DNA of 58,190 bases, from IMG/VR virus record IMGVR_UViG_3300042934_000137, positions 1 through 58,190 of that record; one strand, given 5' to 3'. The notes under the pieces are model-generated. The model saw nothing but the letters and a program-made list of their open reading frames with translations, was not told the origin of the DNA and made no database searches. Below, one piece after another: positions 9,283-18,982 of the stretch (the first letter of the stretch is position 1; each line of letters begins with the position of its first letter). The DNA comes from a virus (lineage: Duplodnaviria; Caudoviricetes). The translations under genes were made by a program, and so were the position numbers.

Positions 9283-10638
9283 TTAAACGACGAAAATGGT
9301 TTCTACCGGATCGACCGTCGTACCGTTCCAGACACCGAGAACTTCGACAGTCTCGAGCGCCGTACCGTTCCAGACACCCATGATCTGTGGAGGAAGACCC
9401 AGCGGATCAGTAGCCTCATGCCGTCCGATCCAACTCCCAGCAGTATCTACGACCTTAACTCGCGAGATCGAAATATCCTGCAAGGAAGCCATGGTCTTGA
9501 CGCGTCCGAAAGAGAAGCCATTTGCCGCGACTCCTACCGCACCGGAAATAACACCCGAATCGTACAAGGGAGAGTTACTACCAAGTGCAAATGCGGCGCC
9601 TCGGATGGTTCCTGCGACGGTGTCGACCTGTGTTTCGATACGGAACACGCCGCCTAGGGCGAGAATTCCGGCGGAACGGAATGCTTCGGTACTGCTGGTG
9701 AGTTTCCAACGGAACTGACCTGGATTGAACGAACCAGCAAGGTCGTTACCCGTCAGAAGAGTGGCTCCCGACAAAGCGTGATATATAGCTGCAGCGGTAT
9801 CGGGCCAAGCAGTTGCTGGAGTGTGGAGATAGTACCGAACCGTGTACTTGCTGAGCGATGCTGTCGGCCAAGTCAAAGTGGCGACCGCGGCACCTTGAGT
9901 GAAGGTAGCTGCGTCGTAATCACCCTTGTCGACGATCGAGATCGTACCGCTGGAGACGGCGCCAGTGAACGAAGGATTACCCTCATTCCACTCGACACCC
10001 GTGACCGGAGGAACGTCCAGAATGGGAAGCTGGAAACCTACGCCGTTACCAAATGCAAACGACCAGTTAGACGTCCGATCGGCAGGGGTTCCGGTGTAAA
10101 CACCGACGTTTGCCGAAGGAACACTGGGGCCTTGCTGAACAGCCGTAGCGAGATCGGTCGTTGTGGGGGTGGTGTTGACATAGGACTGGAACGACCCAGA
10201 GTGCTTGATAAGGGAGAAGACCAGAATATCGTTGGTGCCATTACTCGCGGTGAGTGCAGGCGCCGACGTAATCAAAGTCGTCGTGTTTCCATCTTTCTGA
10301 GCCATCGGCCCAGGGGTTCCTGCATCTCCGGCGGAAGAATATCCGACGCAGACAGCAGCCATGTGCTGAGACGTGGATAGAGTGACCGGCAGAGATCCCA
10401 GCGTAATATCGTCAGCGGTTAGACGCTTCTTAAATGCGCCGTAACGCATGACACCGACAGTTACGCCAGCATTGTAGATGGTTGTACCTGGAAATGTGAA
10501 CGACGTACCCCAGGCCGGGTTGGATGCTCCAACGACAACTAGATCGTTGACTTGTGATCCGGTCGGAAGCGGGATGCTGTGCGAGAGAGCCGGAGCGATC
10601 GAGTTGTACGTCGATACGCCCCTACGAACAACAGCCAC
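9283..10638 (-). CDS. Virion structural protein (possible fiber or receptor-binding protein)
   Basis: 451 aa, Thr/Gly/Ser-rich beta composition, within the tail module. Confidence 0.55.
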   Translation of the reverse strand: MAVVRRGVSTYNSIAPALSHSIPLPTGSQVNDLVVVGASNPAWGTSFTFPGTTIYNAGVTVGVMRYGAFKKRLTADDITLGSLPVTLSTSQHMAAVCVGYSSAGDAGTPGPMAQKDGNTTTLITSAPALTASNGTNDILVFSLIKHSGSFQSYVNTTPTTTDLATAVQQGPSVPSANVGVYTGTPADRTSNWSFAFGNGVGFQLPILDVPPVTGVEWNEGNPSFTGAVSSGTISIVDKGDYDAATFTQGAAVATLTWPTASLSKYTVRYYLHTPATAWPDTAAAIYHALSGATLLTGNDLAGSFNPGQFRWKLTSSTEAFRSAGILALGGVFRIETQVDTVAGTIRGAAFALGSNSPLYDSGVISGAVGVAANGFSFGRVKTMASLQDISISRVKVVDTAGSWIGRHEATDPLGLPPQIMGVWNGTALETVEVLGVWNGTTVDPVETIFVV

Positions 10639-11132
10639 TACGCCACCTTCCGGACAACCAACGTCCCTGCCGGCAGAGTCGCCGGGATGTTGGCGGAGGT
10701 CTCACCGGCGTTGAGTGTGAATACGGTACCGACCGGGTTGTCGCATTGAGTCATACGACCCGTACCCCAGTTGACGCCCCACTTGATGTTGGAGGTCCTA
10801 CCAGTACGGCGATCTTCGATCTCGAGCGCATTTCCTGCGGTGTTGTCGCCGTTCTCAACAACCGCGCGAACCAGAGCATCAGCCCAGGACGTGTACGGGT
10901 TTCGTCCGCGGAGTGCACGCCACTCGTTCCACCAGGAGCGAACCACGCCGAGGACCTTTAGCTGCATCTGGTCGTCGTCACCGGTCTCCGGCTCCGCGGT
11001 TAGTTCAACCAGGGCCGGCATGGAACCAAGAACGCGATCGTCGAGGTCGTTGACCGCCGCGGCCAGATCTTGGTGATGCTGAACGTGCGCTGGATCGCCG
11101 ACGGTGATGTCTTCGTCGATGTTGTATGCCAT
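10638..11132 (-). CDS. Putative structural protein
   Basis: 164 aa, translationally coupled within the tail module. Confidence 0.55.
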   Translation of the reverse strand: MAYNIDEDITVGDPAHVQHHQDLAAAVNDLDDRVLGSMPALVELTAEPETGDDDQMQLKVLGVVRSWWNEWRALRGRNPYTSWADALVRAVVENGDNTAGNALEIEDRRTGRTSNIKWGVNWGTGRMTQCDNPVGTVFTLNAGETSANIPATLPAGTLVVRKVA

Positions 11133-11812
11133 TAGAAATACTCTCCAAACGTTGAGGTGAAGACATTCGGGGGAGTCGAGTTGAACATGGTGATCAGCTC
11201 GTCTGGACGAGGCATCCGAGGCACCAACACGTCCGTCCCATAAAGAATATCTTCGAGATCGGCCAGCGTGGCAGCCTTCGTCTTCGTCGAGTCCACGACG
11301 AAATGCGCGCTGGGCTTAAGGTTGGGCACCAATATCGGAGAGGTCGTGATGTCCCAGGTGAACGTCATTGCGTCCGGAGAGTTATCGATCGTCTCATTAT
11401 CGCGATTGGAGGGGGAAGCCAGTGCGTTGTAAATCAGGTGTATTTTGTATCCGAAGTTCTGACCGACAAAATCGTTCCCGACCTTGGTTCGGTAGGACAT
11501 GTCGAAAGCAACTCGAGGTTGCTGTGTTATCGAGAGGCCTTCGTAGATCTCGGCAGTACCATCGCACAAAGCGAACTCGTCCGGGTAGGTGAAGGCCTCG
11601 ATGGTGGCTTCAAATTCTTCCGGCGTAGATTCGTTGTAGTACTTGAAGCCGTCGATGTAATACGCCGAAGCGTTTCCACCGTCAGGCGACTCGCTAACCG
11701 AGATGAGTCCATTCCAAGGAACACCACCGGCATTGAGGGGGTACAAAACACCGCGGTCAACACCTGTTTCGTAACGTCGATCGCCAACGGAGTTCCAGTT
11801 AAGTCTTGTCAT
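11132..11812 (-). CDS. Major tail protein paralog
   Basis: [24 protein letters not shown] and [12 protein letters not shown] shared with 12406-13269. Confidence 0.85.
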   Translation of the reverse strand: MTRLNWNSVGDRRYETGVDRGVLYPLNAGGVPWNGLISVSESPDGGNASAYYIDGFKYYNESTPEEFEATIEAFTYPDEFALCDGTAEIYEGLSITQQPRVAFDMSYRTKVGNDFVGQNFGYKIHLIYNALASPSNRDNETIDNSPDAMTFTWDITTSPILVPNLKPSAHFVVDSTKTKAATLADLEDILYGTDVLVPRMPRPDELITMFNSTPPNVFTSTFGEYF

Positions 11813-11834
11813 ACCGAATTCCTCCCTTGACTAG

Positions 11835-12377
11835 TTACCCGGATGTGTTGAACTGAGCCTTACGCTCGGCATTGAGTTTACGGTTTCGCTGAGCGAGCTC
11901 GGCGGGACTCATCTTCTTCTTTGGAGCGTTCTTCTGGTCCGTGACGCGAATCAACGTCATCAGTTTGTTCAGATGCCATGTTTGACACTCGAACGGGATC
12001 GACAGACTGAGCATCATGTTGTAGATGACCTCAGCAGTGATGGTCTCTCGACTGGGTCTTTGGTTCGGATGATCACTGAACCAGGTCGCCGTTTGTTTGC
12101 CGTTGATGTACTTGTCGATCGCGTCGATGTTGTCTTGCGTGAGTCTGTAGAAAACCTCCGGAGGCACATTCGGGGTCAACGTCATTGCCTGGATGTACCA
12201 GAGTGTCTCTTCAGAGGTCTTCGGTTTGTCGCTTAGGAAGGGCTTCTCAAAGAAACTCTCCCATTTTGACAGTGAAGCCAGAGAGTGCTCCAGCTCCAAC
12301 ATGAAGTGTGATGACTCGACGAACGATTGAGTCGCTTCGTCGTAGCTCTCTGACATTGGGATGTTGATGCGGAGCAC
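11835..12377 (-). CDS. Tail assembly chaperone-like protein
   Basis: [13 protein letters not shown] and [12 protein letters not shown]; position downstream of the major tail gene. Confidence 0.6.
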   Translation of the reverse strand: MLRINIPMSESYDEATQSFVESSHFMLELEHSLASLSKWESFFEKPFLSDKPKTSEETLWYIQAMTLTPNVPPEVFYRLTQDNIDAIDKYINGKQTATWFSDHPNQRPSRETITAEVIYNMMLSLSIPFECQTWHLNKLMTLIRVTDQKNAPKKKMSPAELAQRNRKLNAERKAQFNTSG

Positions 12378-12405
12378 TCTCTGGCCTCCTTTCTGTGATC
12401 TTCGC

Positions 12406-13269
12406 TTACGCGAAGTCGTAGAACCAGTCGTCGTCCGTGACGGCCGGGAACTTGTAACCCGGAGCCGGCTCGGCGGTGACGATGGTGTCCTCGGTGATCG
12501 TGACCTCGCCGGTGACGACCTCGCCGTCGATCTTGTAGACCACGCCGGTGACGGTCGGGATCGTGATGACCTTGGTGGTCGAGTTGTAGGTCGGCATCGT
12601 CGGGGTGGCCGAAGTGACCGTACCCTCGAACAGTGCGATGACCTCGGCCGGCGACGGCAGAGACGGGTCGGTACCCGCGGTGCCGTAGAGCAGATCCTCG
12701 AGAGCCGCCAGAGAAGCCCCGTTGACCTTGGTGGAATCCACGGTCAGCAGAGCCGACGGCTCGAAACCGGGAACCTCGACCGCGGTGGTCGTGACCTCCC
12801 AGCTGAAGGTCACCGCCTCCGGCGAATCGTTGACCGTCGTGAAGGCCTTCTCCGACGGAGCCGCCATGGCGCCGTACACGAGGTGCAGCTTGTAGCCGAC
12901 GTTCGAGTTCAGGTCGTTACCGACCTTGGTCCGGTAGCTCAGACCGAACGCCTTGCGCGGCTGCTGTCCGATGGACAGACCCGGGCTCGGCTCCGCCGTA
13001 CCGTCGCACTGCCCGAACTCGTCCGGGTAGGTGAAGGCTTCGATGGTGGCGCCGAACTCCTCGACCGAGGTCAGGTTGAGGTACTTGATGTTGTCCGCGT
13101 ACTGCGGGCTCGGCTCCGCGCCCGAGGGCGACTCGGTGACGGACACCAGGCCGTTCCAGGCGTAACCCGCGGTGTAGTCGCCGGTGTTGTCAGGGATGTA
13201 CAGAACGCCGTGGTCGACACCGGTCTCGTAGCGGCGCTCACCGACCTTGTCCCAAGCAAGCTTGGTCAC
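12406..13269 (-). CDS. Major tail protein
   Basis: Strong GC3 codon bias; phi13-like tail tube motifs; short Ig-like C-terminal extension. Confidence 0.9.
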   Translation of the reverse strand: MTKLAWDKVGERRYETGVDHGVLYIPDNTGDYTAGYAWNGLVSVTESPSGAEPSPQYADNIKYLNLTSVEEFGATIEAFTYPDEFGQCDGTAEPSPGLSIGQQPRKAFGLSYRTKVGNDLNSNVGYKLHLVYGAMAAPSEKAFTTVNDSPEAVTFSWEVTTTAVEVPGFEPSALLTVDSTKVNGASLAALEDLLYGTAGTDPSLPSPAEVIALFEGTVTSATPTMPTYNSTTKVITIPTVTGVVYKIDGEVVTGEVTITEDTIVTAEPAPGYKFPAVTDDDWFYDFA

Positions 13270-13279
13270 TTGCAGCTCC

Positions 13280-13594
13280 TCAGTAGTAGAGATTGAAGAC
13301 GTCGTGGTTGAGATTGTTCGCCGTGTAGAACCGGTTGAAGGTACACATCGGCAGTGAGGCGATCTTTTGCAAGGTATCGCTGTCTGGCGTACTGCAAATA
13401 AGAGTCACCATGTACCGCTGAGTGAAGCGATACGGCGCATTACCCGCGAACAGAGTCTCCGCATTGTCTCGCTTGTAGACAATGCATGGATACTTCATCA
13501 TCAGGTTGCTTGGAGGTTGGAAATATACGAACTCGCTACCCAGCGTCTCCTTCAGGAGGAGATGGAGCTGTTCCCGTTGGCCCGTTGTAAACAC
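13280..13594 (-). CDS. Tail terminator
   Basis: VYFQPP...KYPCIVY motif; synteny. Confidence 0.75.
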   Translation of the reverse strand: MFTTGQREQLHLLLKETLGSEFVYFQPPSNLMMKYPCIVYKRDNAETLFAGNAPYRFTQRYMVTLICSTPDSDTLQKIASLPMCTFNRFYTANNLNHDVFNLYY

Positions 13595-13895
13595 CCCCCA
13601 AGCGCAGGATAAGGCGGGGGCTCTGCACCTCGACGTCCGAGACTTTCCACAGAGCCCCCTGCCACCTGATGTACCTCATGGCAAAGAAATGTTCGTTGGC
13701 ATACGCATCCGCGACGATACTGATGGAGTTGTTAACGGAAATATCGTCATTGACGCTAGCTCCGTCCTGCAACCGGCGTGTGTTCCGAATAACGTCGCCG
13801 AAATATGAATACTCGACAAGTTGCTCAGTCCACACGCCGGATGCAGTCTCTACAGTTCCGTCCGCGTATCCGATCTCACCGAAATATCTTGCCAT
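13536..13895 (-). CDS. Head-to-tail stopper / head closure protein
   Basis: ETASGVW...ISIVADAYA...WKVSDVEV; follows the capsid gene. Confidence 0.7.
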   Translation of the reverse strand: MARYFGEIGYADGTVETASGVWTEQLVEYSYFGDVIRNTRRLQDGASVNDDISVNNSISIVADAYANEHFFAMRYIRWQGALWKVSDVEVQSPRLILRLGGVYNGPTGTAPSPPEGDAG

Positions 13896-13910
13896 GGTGA
13901 GATCGGCCTA

Positions 13911-15899
13911 TCAGGCCCGACGGAAGAACGACCAGAAGGACTCGCCGTCGTTCGCGAAGTGGAAGTTCGCGTTCGGCACCGCCTGGACGTTGAGGGTCGC
14001 GCCGACCGCCAGAGCGGACTGAGCACCCGGCGTCAGGGTCGCACCGGTGTCCGAGTTCTTGTAGACGTAGTTGGTCGGGGTCGGGATGGTGACCACGCCA
14101 GTCGCCTTGTTGAACGTCGGGTCAGCCGGCTCGACCAGCAGCGCAGAAGCGGCAGTGGTGGAGCGGAGGACCAGGGCCGACTTGATGCGAGTCAGAGCAC
14201 CGGAGATGCGAGTCTCCATCAGGTACTTCTGACGGTTGTAGTCGATGTCGAAGTCGTCGAACATGTTGACCTCGCCACCCTTGTCGGCGCCGATGTTGTA
14301 GTCGTCCAGGTTGACGATGATGCCGATCAGGTCGGAGATCCGGCTGAACGTGTCGACCGTGACGACCTCGCGGACACCAAGAGCCTCGGCGACCTCGGCC
14401 TTGTTCTTGTAGTAGCGCCGGCCCTCGCCGTCCTTGGCCTTGAGGAACATGTTGAGGTGACGGATGGTGGTGTAGAACACCGGGGTACCCGTACCCTTGT
14501 AGTACTCCATGCCGTCGATGACCGCGTCCACGACCTCCTCGTAGTTCGAGTTGGTGTCGCCCACGTTCACCGAGATCTCGGTCTTGAAGAGCTCGTGCTC
14601 GTTCAGGATCGAGCGGATGCCCTGGCCGTCGGCCGCACCCAGCGGATCCTTGATCTTGTCCTCGGCACCCGGGCTGCGCCCGTCACCGACGAGGATCGCG
14701 CTGGCGATCTCCTCCTCCAGCATGAGCCGCATCTCGGCCTTGAGCCAGGCCACGACGTCGAAGTCGGTGATGTCCAGGACGTCGTCCCGGTCCAGCTGCT
14801 GCTTCTTGTAGATCGTGGTCGGGGACGTGGTGCGCTTGGTGACGCCGATCCACTCCTCGATCTTGTACGCGCCCTTCACGTAACCCTTGGCGCGCGCCTC
14901 CTCCTGGGTGAGGTCGGCGGTGATCGTCTTGATCCGGGAGAACGGGCTGTGACGGACGCCGTTGAGCACGCTGGCGACCCACTCGGTCCGACGCTTGTCG
15001 AACTCGGGGGTGTTGCTCAGCGCCTTGGCGTCCGGGAACAGGGTGCCGATGTTGTCGATACCGTGCGCCAGGGCGTACTTCTCGACGGCGCCCTTGAGCG
15101 AGCCGTTCCGGACGGCGTCGGCGACGATGCCCTTGACGTCATCGTGCGACAGGGTGTGACGGTCCTCGGTCTGGGTACCGCCGTTGCGCTCGAAGATGTT
15201 GTGCACCTCGGTGTTTCCTTCCTGGTGAGTGAGGCCGGCGTCGGTGTCCGAGTGCGCGGCGGAGTTCTTCTTGGTGGCCTGGTCGACGGCCACCGCGATC
15301 ATGTAGTTGACGACGGTCTGCTCCTCCTCCGTCATGGCGTCGTAGACGTCCTGAACGGTGAGGTCCTCGTCGGCGTGCTCGAGGTCGCTGTCGTCCTCGT
15401 CGTCCTCGTCGACGTCGTCAGCAGTGCCGGAGTGCTCGAGGGTGAGACCGGTGTAGATGATGGCCTCGTCCTCCAGATCCTGGACGAAACCGTCACCGTG
15501 GGCGATGCTGACCTGATCGATCTTGGCGCCCGGGTTGGCGCCCGAGAGAACCAGGCTGACCTCACGGATCATGCCGTGGAAGACCTGGCTGGCCCGCTCC
15601 TTGAGCTTGTTGGCGTAGATCGACAGCATCGTGATGTCGCCGTGCTGCACCAGCTGCTTGGCGGCCTTACCCGCGGAGGTGTCGTTGAAGTAGCCGTAGG
15701 CGTAGACGCCGTCCGACCGGCTCTCCAGGACCGCGTGGCCGAGAACGTTGGTGGGTTCGTTGTGGGCGTGCTGCCAGACCAGAGGAACGGTCATCTTGTC
15801 CATGTGCTTGAAGGCACCCGGCATGATCGTTCGACCGTCGGAGCACTCGAGACCAGCCTTGGTGGCGTAGCCGCTGAAGTCAGCGTTAACGTCTCCCAT
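13911..15899 (-). CDS. Prohead protease-major capsid protein fusion
   Basis: N-terminal HK97-type protease (FSGYAT, PLVWQH, LSIYA, EVSLV..GANP), acidic linker, HK97-fold capsid domain, C-terminal Ig-like segment. Confidence 0.92.
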   Translation of the reverse strand: MGDVNADFSGYATKAGLECSDGRTIMPGAFKHMDKMTVPLVWQHAHNEPTNVLGHAVLESRSDGVYAYGYFNDTSAGKAAKQLVQHGDITMLSIYANKLKERASQVFHGMIREVSLVLSGANPGAKIDQVSIAHGDGFVQDLEDEAIIYTGLTLEHSGTADDVDEDDEDDSDLEHADEDLTVQDVYDAMTEEEQTVVNYMIAVAVDQATKKNSAAHSDTDAGLTHQEGNTEVHNIFERNGGTQTEDRHTLSHDDVKGIVADAVRNGSLKGAVEKYALAHGIDNIGTLFPDAKALSNTPEFDKRRTEWVASVLNGVRHSPFSRIKTITADLTQEEARAKGYVKGAYKIEEWIGVTKRTTSPTTIYKKQQLDRDDVLDITDFDVVAWLKAEMRLMLEEEIASAILVGDGRSPGAEDKIKDPLGAADGQGIRSILNEHELFKTEISVNVGDTNSNYEEVVDAVIDGMEYYKGTGTPVFYTTIRHLNMFLKAKDGEGRRYYKNKAEVAEALGVREVVTVDTFSRISDLIGIIVNLDDYNIGADKGGEVNMFDDFDIDYNRQKYLMETRISGALTRIKSALVLRSTTAASALLVEPADPTFNKATGVVTIPTPTNYVYKNSDTGATLTPGAQSALAVGATLNVQAVPNANFHFANDGESFWSFFRRA

Positions 15900-16569
15900 T
15901 TTGACTGTTCTCCTTCCTTACTCGAGGGATGGATGCGGCTCCGACGGAGCCGACCTGTGTGTGGAATTGTTTCGATGGAGAGGTAGTTGGCTTCGTTCGC
16001 GGAGGGATGAAGTTAGCTTGTTCTCGCATCAACTTGATCTTTGCCTGGATAGCCTTGATCTTTGTGTCAAGATCTTTGACCTGATCGGCGAGAATCTTGT
16101 CCTTGTTCTTCTCGTAGTACTCTTCAGCGGCCTTCTCCTGTGCAGCTTGCTGTTCGGGAGTGAGCTTCTCTGGAGTTTTCTCAGGCTTTTTGGTTGGCTT
16201 TTGAGAGGTTCCAGGCTTACCGGCTTCCGTCGGGTCAGCACCCGAGCGGATCTGGGCTTCTTTTACGAGTTGACGAAGAACTTCTCGAAGTTGTTCGAGA
16301 CGAGCCTTGAGTTCGGCCACACGGGCTTCTATCTCGGCCGTCTTAGACGTCTTCGGTTTCGGCTTCAGCTCGGGCCTTTTCGCGGGTTGTGTCGTGAACG
16401 GAAGGGTGGCCCGCTCACGATCACGAACCGTTGGTGCTGATGGACGACCAATACCGATCTTTTTACGACCCTTTAGCTCTCGAGTCCTGAGGTAGTACTC
16501 TCGACGCTGTTGGGGGTCGTAGTCGGCATCATGAATCAGTTCCTGAATGAATTCATCAGACAAGAACAT
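15886..16569 (-). CDS. Basic coiled-coil head-associated protein
   Basis: MFLSDEFIQELIH-DADYDP...; lies between portal and capsid genes; N-terminal L-x-H motif. Confidence 0.65.
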   Translation of the reverse strand: MFLSDEFIQELIHDADYDPQQRREYYLRTRELKGRKKIGIGRPSAPTVRDRERATLPFTTQPAKRPELKPKPKTSKTAEIEARVAELKARLEQLREVLRQLVKEAQIRSGADPTEAGKPGTSQKPTKKPEKTPEKLTPEQQAAQEKAAEEYYEKNKDKILADQVKDLDTKIKAIQAKIKLMREQANFIPPRTKPTTSPSKQFHTQVGSVGAASIPRVRKENSQNGRR

Positions 16570-16573
16570 ACCA

Positions 16574-17875
16574 TCACATCCCAAGATCGGCGAAGATCTC
16601 GTCGATCGTGCTACTCAGAGAGTCAAGTGAATCCTTGACTGCGGAATCTTCTCCATCATCAACGCCCTCATTTTGACCCTCAACCGGCTCAGCTGGCTGT
16701 GGCATGTTGGCGTTCTCGAGCTTGTCAGCGCTCGGATCCTTGGATGGTTTCCACCCAACGACCTGACGCATCTCGTTCGAGGTAGCGATCTTGTTCCGCG
16801 TGAACTTGTCCGCGATCTCGGCGATCGAAGCGATCGGAACGAGCTTGAACGGGTCACGGAAGAACATGATGGACTGCTTCTGAGTACGAGCAGTCTTCGT
16901 CAAGAAGCGACGCTTCATGGACTCAGTGATTGCCGACACAATTGGTTCAATTGTGCGATTCATGTAGTTCAACATGGTCGCTTCGTCGGCAGTACCCTTC
17001 ATGATCTCGGGAGTGAGACCAAGCTGGCCGTACAACATCTCAGTCAGGTACTCGACCGTCTTGAGGAGGTTGTTCTCGGCTGGACGGTTTAGTTGGGTGA
17101 CCTTCTCGGTACCGTCCGTGTAAGCGATGCCATACTTGTTGTTCCTGAGTTGGAACTCGATGTCCTGACGACGCTGCTCAGCCTGCTGTCGACGAGCTTC
17201 AGACTTGATGACATACGGCAGCTGGATGATGAGATCGAGCTTGCCCGAGCCGGCCTGCTCGTCAACGGTGTCCAGAAGATTGAGCTTCCTGACGAGTCGC
17301 TGAAGAGTAGAGTTCGGTTCGTTCATGACCGCGTAAAGCGGATTCTCGATGATCGCGACATGTCGCTTGTTGAGGACGAGCTGTTCACGATAGCCCTTGA
17401 GCTCGTTGTAGACCTCGACCTTGACGTGTTGAGGCATCCACGAAACGATCTCGCCGACTCGCATGGTCTTGATGTCGTATGAGCCGAGGTTAGGATCAAT
17501 GGTGGTGTCCACGGGGACGATTGCGGCTACGCCCTTGTCTAGGACGGTCATCGCTACGTCGAAGCGGAACTGTCGAGCTGCCTGATCAATGTTTGCCTCG
17601 AGGGTGAGGCACTCATTAAGTCCGCTATTGATGTCCTCAAGATAACGATCTTCCTCGTCCAAACGGACGTGTCGGATGTCGCTGGAAGCGATGTCAATAG
17701 CGAGTCGAGTGTAGATCGAAGAAATAATCGATCGCTCGTTAGTGAACGTCAACCTCGGTCGGTCAGAACGAACGCTGTATGAGACTCCACCTGCGGTGTG
17801 AGTTCGAAAGCGCTCTTCGACTTTCTCATCGACGAACGTATTCCATGCGTGTGAGATTCGGTCTCTGATTCCCAT
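16574..17875 (-). CDS. Portal protein
   Basis: 433 aa, HK97-type portal layout, between terminase region and capsid gene. Confidence 0.9.
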   Translation of the reverse strand: MGIRDRISHAWNTFVDEKVEERFRTHTAGGVSYSVRSDRPRLTFTNERSIISSIYTRLAIDIASSDIRHVRLDEEDRYLEDINSGLNECLTLEANIDQAARQFRFDVAMTVLDKGVAAIVPVDTTIDPNLGSYDIKTMRVGEIVSWMPQHVKVEVYNELKGYREQLVLNKRHVAIIENPLYAVMNEPNSTLQRLVRKLNLLDTVDEQAGSGKLDLIIQLPYVIKSEARRQQAEQRRQDIEFQLRNNKYGIAYTDGTEKVTQLNRPAENNLLKTVEYLTEMLYGQLGLTPEIMKGTADEATMLNYMNRTIEPIVSAITESMKRRFLTKTARTQKQSIMFFRDPFKLVPIASIAEIADKFTRNKIATSNEMRQVVGWKPSKDPSADKLENANMPQPAEPVEGQNEGVDDGEDSAVKDSLDSLSSTIDEIFADLGM

Positions 17876-17916
17876 GTCTCACCCCCTCCCATTTTGAGTA
17901 GTTGATGGAAGATCTA

Positions 17917-18951
17917 CTAGCCTCGAGTGTCTCGACGGCTGACGAACAGATCGGTAACCGGAACGCTAGAGACGAAATCCAGAACGTCTCGGGCTGCGAG
18001 CTTTCCGCTCTCGACACGCTTTCGCTGAGCCTCGAGATCACCGAGGGCCTTGTCGACTCGCCTGTTGTACCGACCCTTACCCCCATAGAGGCCAATGCCG
18101 ACACCTCGGCCTACACGCTCTCCAACGGTCGCTCCGCGTCCTTCTCGAGCTCGCTTGAGGACCGCAGTGTTTCGCTGGTTCTGGTCGAGAATAGCGCCAG
18201 CGACACGATTGCCCTTCTTGCGAACTCCCCACTTCATGCCCTTGACGCCGTAGTGGAGTAGTTCTTCTGGACTCCCGGGCTTGTCGTTGTACGACATACC
18301 CATTCCTTCCTCTAAGTGTTGTGCCTCGTTGACATCGTATGCCATCTCAGTAAGTCCACCGAAGACGATGTCGTCTTCCATCTCCTTGGCGGTGGGTTCT
18401 TTGACGACCTTGAAACCGAGCTTCTCGTAGATATGACGCGCATCCGGAGAGTTCTTGGGGACCTCAAGAGTGAGCTTCTTAAAACCCTCTTGTCGTCCAA
18501 ACTCGGCGCCGGCCTTCATGACTGCGGTGGCATAACCCTGACCTCGAGCCGACTTGTTGATACCAAGCCACACCAGATTCAGTTCGTCCTTGCTCTTCTT
18601 CGCTACTTGAGCTTCGCCGATCTTCTTACCCGAGCCATCATGGATTGTCAGATATGCCTGGTCCGCATAACTCTCTCGGAACTTCTTGCTTCTGCGACCC
18701 ATGAAGTTTTGGAATCGGGACGGAGGAATTTTGCTTAGACGAACCTCTTCTCCAGATGCGGTCTTACGAACGACCGAGTCTGGACCGAGAGATTTAAGCG
18801 GAGCCTTCTGCGAAGACCGATCCTTTCGGACACCCCACTTCATGCCCTTGACGCCGAAGTGTGTTATCGGTTCGTCATTGATGTTTGCGAGCTGAGTCTC
18901 GAGAATATCGAGAAAGCTCCCATACACATTCTCGAGATTGAACTGGTCCAC
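17917..18951 (-). CDS. HxGVKGMKWG-tagged GNAT acetyltransferase fused to a second tagged basic module
   Basis: GNAT motif A (LGINKSARGQGYATAVM) and motif B (ARHIYEKLGF); two tags; probable internal start near 18297-18303 after GAGGAAGG. Confidence 0.8.
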   Translation of the reverse strand: MDQFNLENVYGSFLDILETQLANINDEPITHFGVKGMKWGVRKDRSSQKAPLKSLGPDSVVRKTASGEEVRLSKIPPSRFQNFMGRRSKKFRESYADQAYLTIHDGSGKKIGEAQVAKKSKDELNLVWLGINKSARGQGYATAVMKAGAEFGRQEGFKKLTLEVPKNSPDARHIYEKLGFKVVKEPTAKEMEDDIVFGGLTEMAYDVNEAQHLEEGMGMSYNDKPGSPEELLHYGVKGMKWGVRKKGNRVAGAILDQNQRNTAVLKRAREGRGATVGERVGRGVGIGLYGGKGRYNRRVDKALGDLEAQRKRVESGKLAARDVLDFVSSVPVTDLFVSRRDTRG

Positions 18952-18982
18952 TCAATATCTCCTTTGCTGCCTTGTTTGGCGG

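Noticed and set aside
11835-12405. Programmed frameshift in the tail assembly chaperone
   Set aside because: No obvious slippery heptamer or overlapping second ORF found by eye
13821-15986. Long plus-strand ORFs (721 aa here; also 12361-13296, 23494-24585, 46687-47994 and others)
   Set aside because: Antisense shadows of GC3-biased minus-strand genes with no recognisable motifs
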